Assembly: GCF_009914755.1 (NCBI RefSeq)
Contig: NC_060935.1
Direction: 5' to 3' (one strand)
DNA from: the human T2T-CHM13v2.0 reference genome, Homo sapiens
Length of the DNA stretch: 64,000 nucleotides
Positions 58,760 through 64,000 of this stretch are shown here, piece after piece; the stretch's first letter is position 1, and each line of letters opens with the position of its first letter. Position numbers and translations under genes: made by a program. The notes beneath the pieces were generated by a model that was not told where the DNA came from, did not search any database, and was given only the letters and a program-made list of their open reading frames with translations.

Positions 58760-59520
58760 TTCAAAATGCCAACGGTGCCCATCCATTGAGGAATGGGTCA
58801 ACAAACTGTGGTCTGTACATACAGCGGAATATTATTCAGCCTTAAAAAGGAAGGGAATTCTGGCACATGCTTCAACAGGGAGGAACCTTGAGGACATTAC
58901 GCAAAGTGAGATAAGCCAGACGTTAAAGGGTAAGTAACGTATGGCTCCACTTACATGAGGTAACTGGAATAGGCAACTCCAGAGACAGAACGTAGAACAG
59001 TGGTTACCAGGGGCCAGGGCAGGGGAACAGGGAGTTATTGTTCAATGGGGATGGAGTTTCCTTGGGGTAAAAGACTTTGGAAAACGGGTGATGGTGATGG
59101 GTGCACAACAATGTGAATGTACTTAATGCCACTAAATTTTACACTAGGCCGGGCATAGTGGCTCACGCCTGTAATCCCAGCACTTTGGGAGGCCGAGGCA
59201 GGTGAATCACCTGAGGTCAGGAGTTCGAGACCAGCCTGGCAAACACAGTGAAACCCCATGTCTACTAAAAATACAAAAATTAGCCGGGTGTGGTGGCAGG
59301 CGCCTGTAGTCCCTACTCGGGAGGCTGAGGCAGGAGAATTGCTTGAACCTGGGGAGGCGGAGGTTGCAGTGAGCTAAGATCATGCCATTGCACTCCAGCC
59401 TGGATAACAGGCGCGAATCTCCATCTCAAAAAAAAAAAAATTTACACCTAAAAATAGTTAAACGGTAAATTTCACTTTCTGTATATATTTTACTGCTATA
59501 AAAAACGTAAATAAAAACTG
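58760..59520 (+). mobile_element. L1MB-type 3' end interrupted by an AluS (59147-59440)
   Basis: GGAATATTATTCAGCCTTAAAAAGGAAGG...GTGAATGTACTTAATGCCACT. Confidence 0.85.
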
Positions 59521-61249
59521 CTGGAGATGGCCCTGGTAGTAATGACCATCCCACTCCCCCATGGTGGGAATGGGACTTCACTGGCACCTTTCCCATCATG
59601 ACAATGAATAAACCCTTGCCACCCCAGGGCCACTACTGCCCACATTCAAGGCAAACCCTGCCTCCCACTGGCCCTTCCTCTGCCCAGCCACACTGACACC
59701 ATTCCCTTCCTGCCACCACTGCACTCTCTCCCAGCTCAGGTCAGCAGAGCTGGTCTCCAACCCACCGCCCTCGAAGTGCTGGGAGCCAGTCACTGCTCCT
59801 GGAACAGGGTGGCTGCACCAAGTGCCTTCCAAGGTGCCTGGCACATAGGAGGTGAACAATCAATAGCAGTGACTGCTGTTATTGCCAGTGTGCTATCAAA
59901 CCCCAGTCTCACTATCCCACTTCCTAAGCTGGTGTATTTAGTTGTACTAGAGGTGGGGTCATGGGGAAGAGGCAATGATATTTGGTCTCCTACAGTACCT
60001 CATCCACGCATGGTATCTCCAAGGTTTCTCAGGGTGAAGGGAAGCAGAGCAACTAGAGGGTGACATGGAAGGTCCTGTCCAGTTCACCAATGGGTCTCTT
60101 CCTGTTAGAGGCCTGATCAGCACAGGCCATCCTGTGGACTATTCCAGCTGCTCCTCTTCTTCCCCACCCCTTGGCTTCCTGAGCATAAACTCTCAGGCTC
60201 TGATTCTAGGTTTCCTTCTTGGATCTCTGACCCGATTCACCTTGGGTGTTGCTCCATGCCCTTTATACAAGATTTGTGAAACTCCATACCCCACTGGCCA
60301 ACTAGAACCCACCATCAAGCAAAGGCTGTCGCTCTGGCACTCTGTCCTCAAGCATGGCCAAGGGGAAGAGAGTAGGTACGGGACCCATCAGAGGGATGGG
60401 ATGTGAGGACAGCCAACATGCACTGAGTGCTTACCGCGTGCTAGGCCCTGGTCTAAGCAGCTAACATTCATCAGTTCAGTCCATTTAATGGTCACGACAA
60501 CTCAATGAAGTTGTTTAAAACTTATGTTCAGAAAAGAAATGACAGCACAGAACAATAAGCTAGTGCTCTACTCCGAGCAGCTGCTGATGACCACATGACT
60601 GAGAGATGTCACATTAAATCACAGAGCTACAAAATCAGACCAAGAAGAATGAAAATAAAGAGCTTCTATTATGTTCATTCACTTGGAAGGAACGTAATAG
60701 AAGGAGAGAGTTTCCATTTAACTGATTGCTGGAACAAATAATTTTAGAACTCAGAAAAGAAAAAATAATGGACTTAGTTCTAAATGGTGAATAGAAACTG
60801 GCAGCAGAATTAGTGATGAACAAATAACAAAATAATACAAATTCCAGCACAAATCCCCATATGAGATGGGGAAGCCCAAATCCTCATAACATGTTTCTCA
60901 AATTTTAAAAGATTAACAACCAACCATTAGCACTCCTGAGAAAAGATAAAAATGACTAGTTATGAAAAACACAACTCCCTTCACCTTGCCTGGCAAGGTT
61001 CGTTCCAAGAGCCCTCCCAGATGCTGTTTCACGTGCCCCTCACCCCCACCACGTGACACAGCCAAGGTGGCCTTCTTCTCTACATCTTACAGAGAAAGAA
61101 GACAGCAACGTCACTTGCTCATTCCACTGTCCAGGGTCTGGCCAGCCTGAGTCCCTCCAGCAGACAGAGCACAGTGCCCCTCTTATCGTACCACTCTGAC
61201 CCCAGCTAAAGAGCTACTAAAGCCTAGAAATTGGAGCAGAATAACATGA

Positions 61250-61576
<327 letters not shown>

Positions 61577-61666
61577 TAACATTTTTTTTAATTCCACTAA
61601 GAAGTAAACTAAACATACCTTTAGTTAGGGGAAATATGCCTGAGGAACTGAAGTAAAGAAGCAGGG

Positions 61667-61985
61667 AGGCCAGGCGCGGTAGCTCATGCCCATAATCCCA
61701 CCACTTTGGGAGCATGAGGAGGGTGGATGACTTGAGCCCAGGAGTTCGAAACCAGCCTGAACAACATGGGGAAACCCCACTTCTACAAAAAATGCAAAAA
61801 ACTAGGCAGGCATGGTGGTGTGCACCTGTTGTCCCAGCTAAGTCGGGAGGCTGAAGTGGGAGGATCGTTTGAGCACGGAAGGTTGAGGTTCCAGTGAGTG
61901 CGGTGAGATCGCACCACTGCACTCCAGCCTGGGTGACAGAGTGAGAGACCCTGTCTTTAAAAAAAAGAAAGAAAGAAAGAAAGAA
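61667..61985 (+). mobile_element. AluJ
   Basis: Dimer with a (GAAA)n tail. Confidence 0.88.
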
Positions 61986-63703
61986 AGCAGGAAAACCAGG
62001 CTTTCATAAAGGATTTCAACAATTTTTTTTTTAAGAAAAGCTAATAAGCCTTTGATTAGGTTCCAAATAAAATTGTTTTGCTTTTCGGTTAAGCCATTAT
62101 GGATGTGGGGTATTTCTACATAAACAGAGAGGTCTGAAGATAAAGATAAAAGAAATGAGGCTGTGATAATGCTGGGACACTCCAGGCGTGTCTAGGGGCC
62201 ACTCACATTGACCAGTTGTTTCAAGTGTGGACAGTGAGGCACATGATGGAGCTCTGGAAGCTCCAAGGCACAGGACTCCTCCAGATGATGTGAGTTTATG
62301 CCACTGGGAAAAAACTCCAAAAAAGCCTTCAGAAACTGGGTGAGCAATGGCAGATACATTTCAGAGAAAGTCATGCTTCTGATATGAGGCTGAGCTATGT
62401 GTTACAGTCTAAAACCTAGTGTGTAGCATGTCCTAAAGAAATGTTCCTGACTTGTCTCTGGCTGTCATCAAGGAAGATACTGTATAACCAGAAGAGAACT
62501 GAACTAAGGTTTCAAGGCTTCAAAACCAACCAACCGGGTGAGAAAACACAGGATGACAGAAACAAGTCCAGCAGTGAAGCCCGTCGGGCAGGTCTGAGAC
62601 GGTGACCTCCGCCTGCTTCTCCCTCTCCATGAGGTGTCCCTTTGCCCTGCCACTTCCCATGCAGAAATCTTCACACCAGGCAGTAATGCCTCCTACTTTC
62701 CTTGTGCACAAAGGGCTGCAGAGACTATCAGCTCAGGTTTCCCATCAGGGTGTGGCACACCTTTCTTCATGCCTCCAAGGAGGCACGCAAGCAAATCTTT
62801 CTTCATGTTCACCCAAGAAATGTGGACTTTTCCCTAATTCAATTAAGAACTTTTCATGTACCAAAAAACAAAGACCGATCCTCCCATCCCATTTGAGAGT
62901 TTGTTAGCGATGCATCAGGGCCCCATCAGGTGCTTCAAAGGGGCTCCTGCCATTCACTCAGAACGAAGAAACATGAGGCTGAGACACTTGTTGGGGGTCC
63001 TAGCCCGACAATCCTACATGAAAATCCTTGAGAGTTCAAAAGGAACCAACATTCAGTGCGAGTTCTAAAGAATGATAAACCTTGATGTTTGCCTTTTTCT
63101 TTTTATAAAGAGTAGCAGCTGGTTGGCTGGTAAAATGTGAAGGTAATTTCACAAAGAAATCTGTCAGGAGTTCTCTGTTCTATCCTCACAAGATAGTAGG
63201 TGGGAACCTCAAAGCACCAGAGTGCAGCACGTGCCTGCAAAAAAACTGCACAAATCCTAAGCGTCCGACCTGAGAGCTGCTCTCAGAGGAAATGCCTCTG
63301 GCTCGAGGAGCAGAACTCCACTAACACCCAGAAGCTCCTGTGCCCTCTCCCCAGGATACCCACCATCCTCCCCAGGATCCACCCAGCCTCTGGTGGGCTG
63401 CAGAGGGCAGAGCAGCGCAGTTCGGAGCTCACCTGAGGCTGGTTTGCAGTCTTTCTGACTGTAAGACTCAGTCAGCTCCAGGGTGTGACCTTCCAGGGTT
63501 GCAAGGGAGACTGTGAGGTGCATCCTAGAGGTCCCTCTCCTTGGTGGATCTTCTACTCCAGTTCCTGTCTCCCCAGCAACTTGAAACTACTGAAAACCCC
63601 GCTCTTCTATCCCACTGTGTTTTGACTTGTTTTTTTGACCAGCACAGTCTGGTAAGCAAAGCCCTCGAGGAGAAACCAGTGCTGGACTTGAGGCTCACAT
63701 CCT

Positions 63704-63798
63704 CATCCCTTCCCAGCCTCGGATTCTGCCCCTCCTGTTCTAACTGCACGTCCCCATCCCTTCCTGGCCTCGGATTCTGCCCCTCCTGTTCTAACTGC
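63704..63798. repeat. 51-bp-period tandem duplication
   Basis: GCCTCGGATTCTGCCCCTCCTGTTCTAACTGC present twice. Confidence 0.9.
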
Positions 63799-64000
63799 CT
63801 TCACAGCCCTTCAGGCCCATCCTTTACCTCCTCCGCCCCAGGAGATCACCTGGAGCTCTGCAGGCTTCTCTGCCTCTCGGCAGCCCCTTCCGACCTTCAG
63901 TTCCTTAGGCATATGTCCCCTAACTAAAACTGTGTTGATTTTACTTCCAAATGGAATTTAGTTGCCAGGAAAATGTAAATTAAAGCCACAATGAGATGCA

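Overview
Primate (very probably human) genomic DNA covering the 5' two-thirds of the PRDM10 coding sequence on the minus strand. I traced 15 coding exons with consistent splice phases, giving 2337 nt / 779 codons. They run from the ATG exon (45104-44918) through the acidic tract, zinc knuckle, PR/SET domain and RG/AT-hook-like segment to the C2H2 zinc-finger exons, the last at 1276-1166. The first non-coding exon and the 3' exons lie outside the window, and 45105-64000 is intronic. The rest is intron dense in Alu, L1, L2, MIR, LTR and DNA-transposon remnants, and most ORF-track entries are repeat artefacts. The most notable observations are: (1) a 12-nt LELQ microexon with an SRRM3/4-type UGC acceptor; (2) a GC-AG intron; (3) two uORFs in the ATG exon that an internal alternative acceptor would remove; (4) a sense-oriented LTR12C solo LTR with intact promoter motifs but a mutated poly(A) signal, about 10 kb upstream of the ATG exon; (5) a young AluYd-type insertion; (6) a 58-bp L1 segment copied into a MIR 4.65 kb away; (7) a permuted ~172-bp duplication. 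I found no evidence for a wholly new gene system. Repeat subfamily names come from remembered consensus sequences, and the boundaries of old repeats are approximate.
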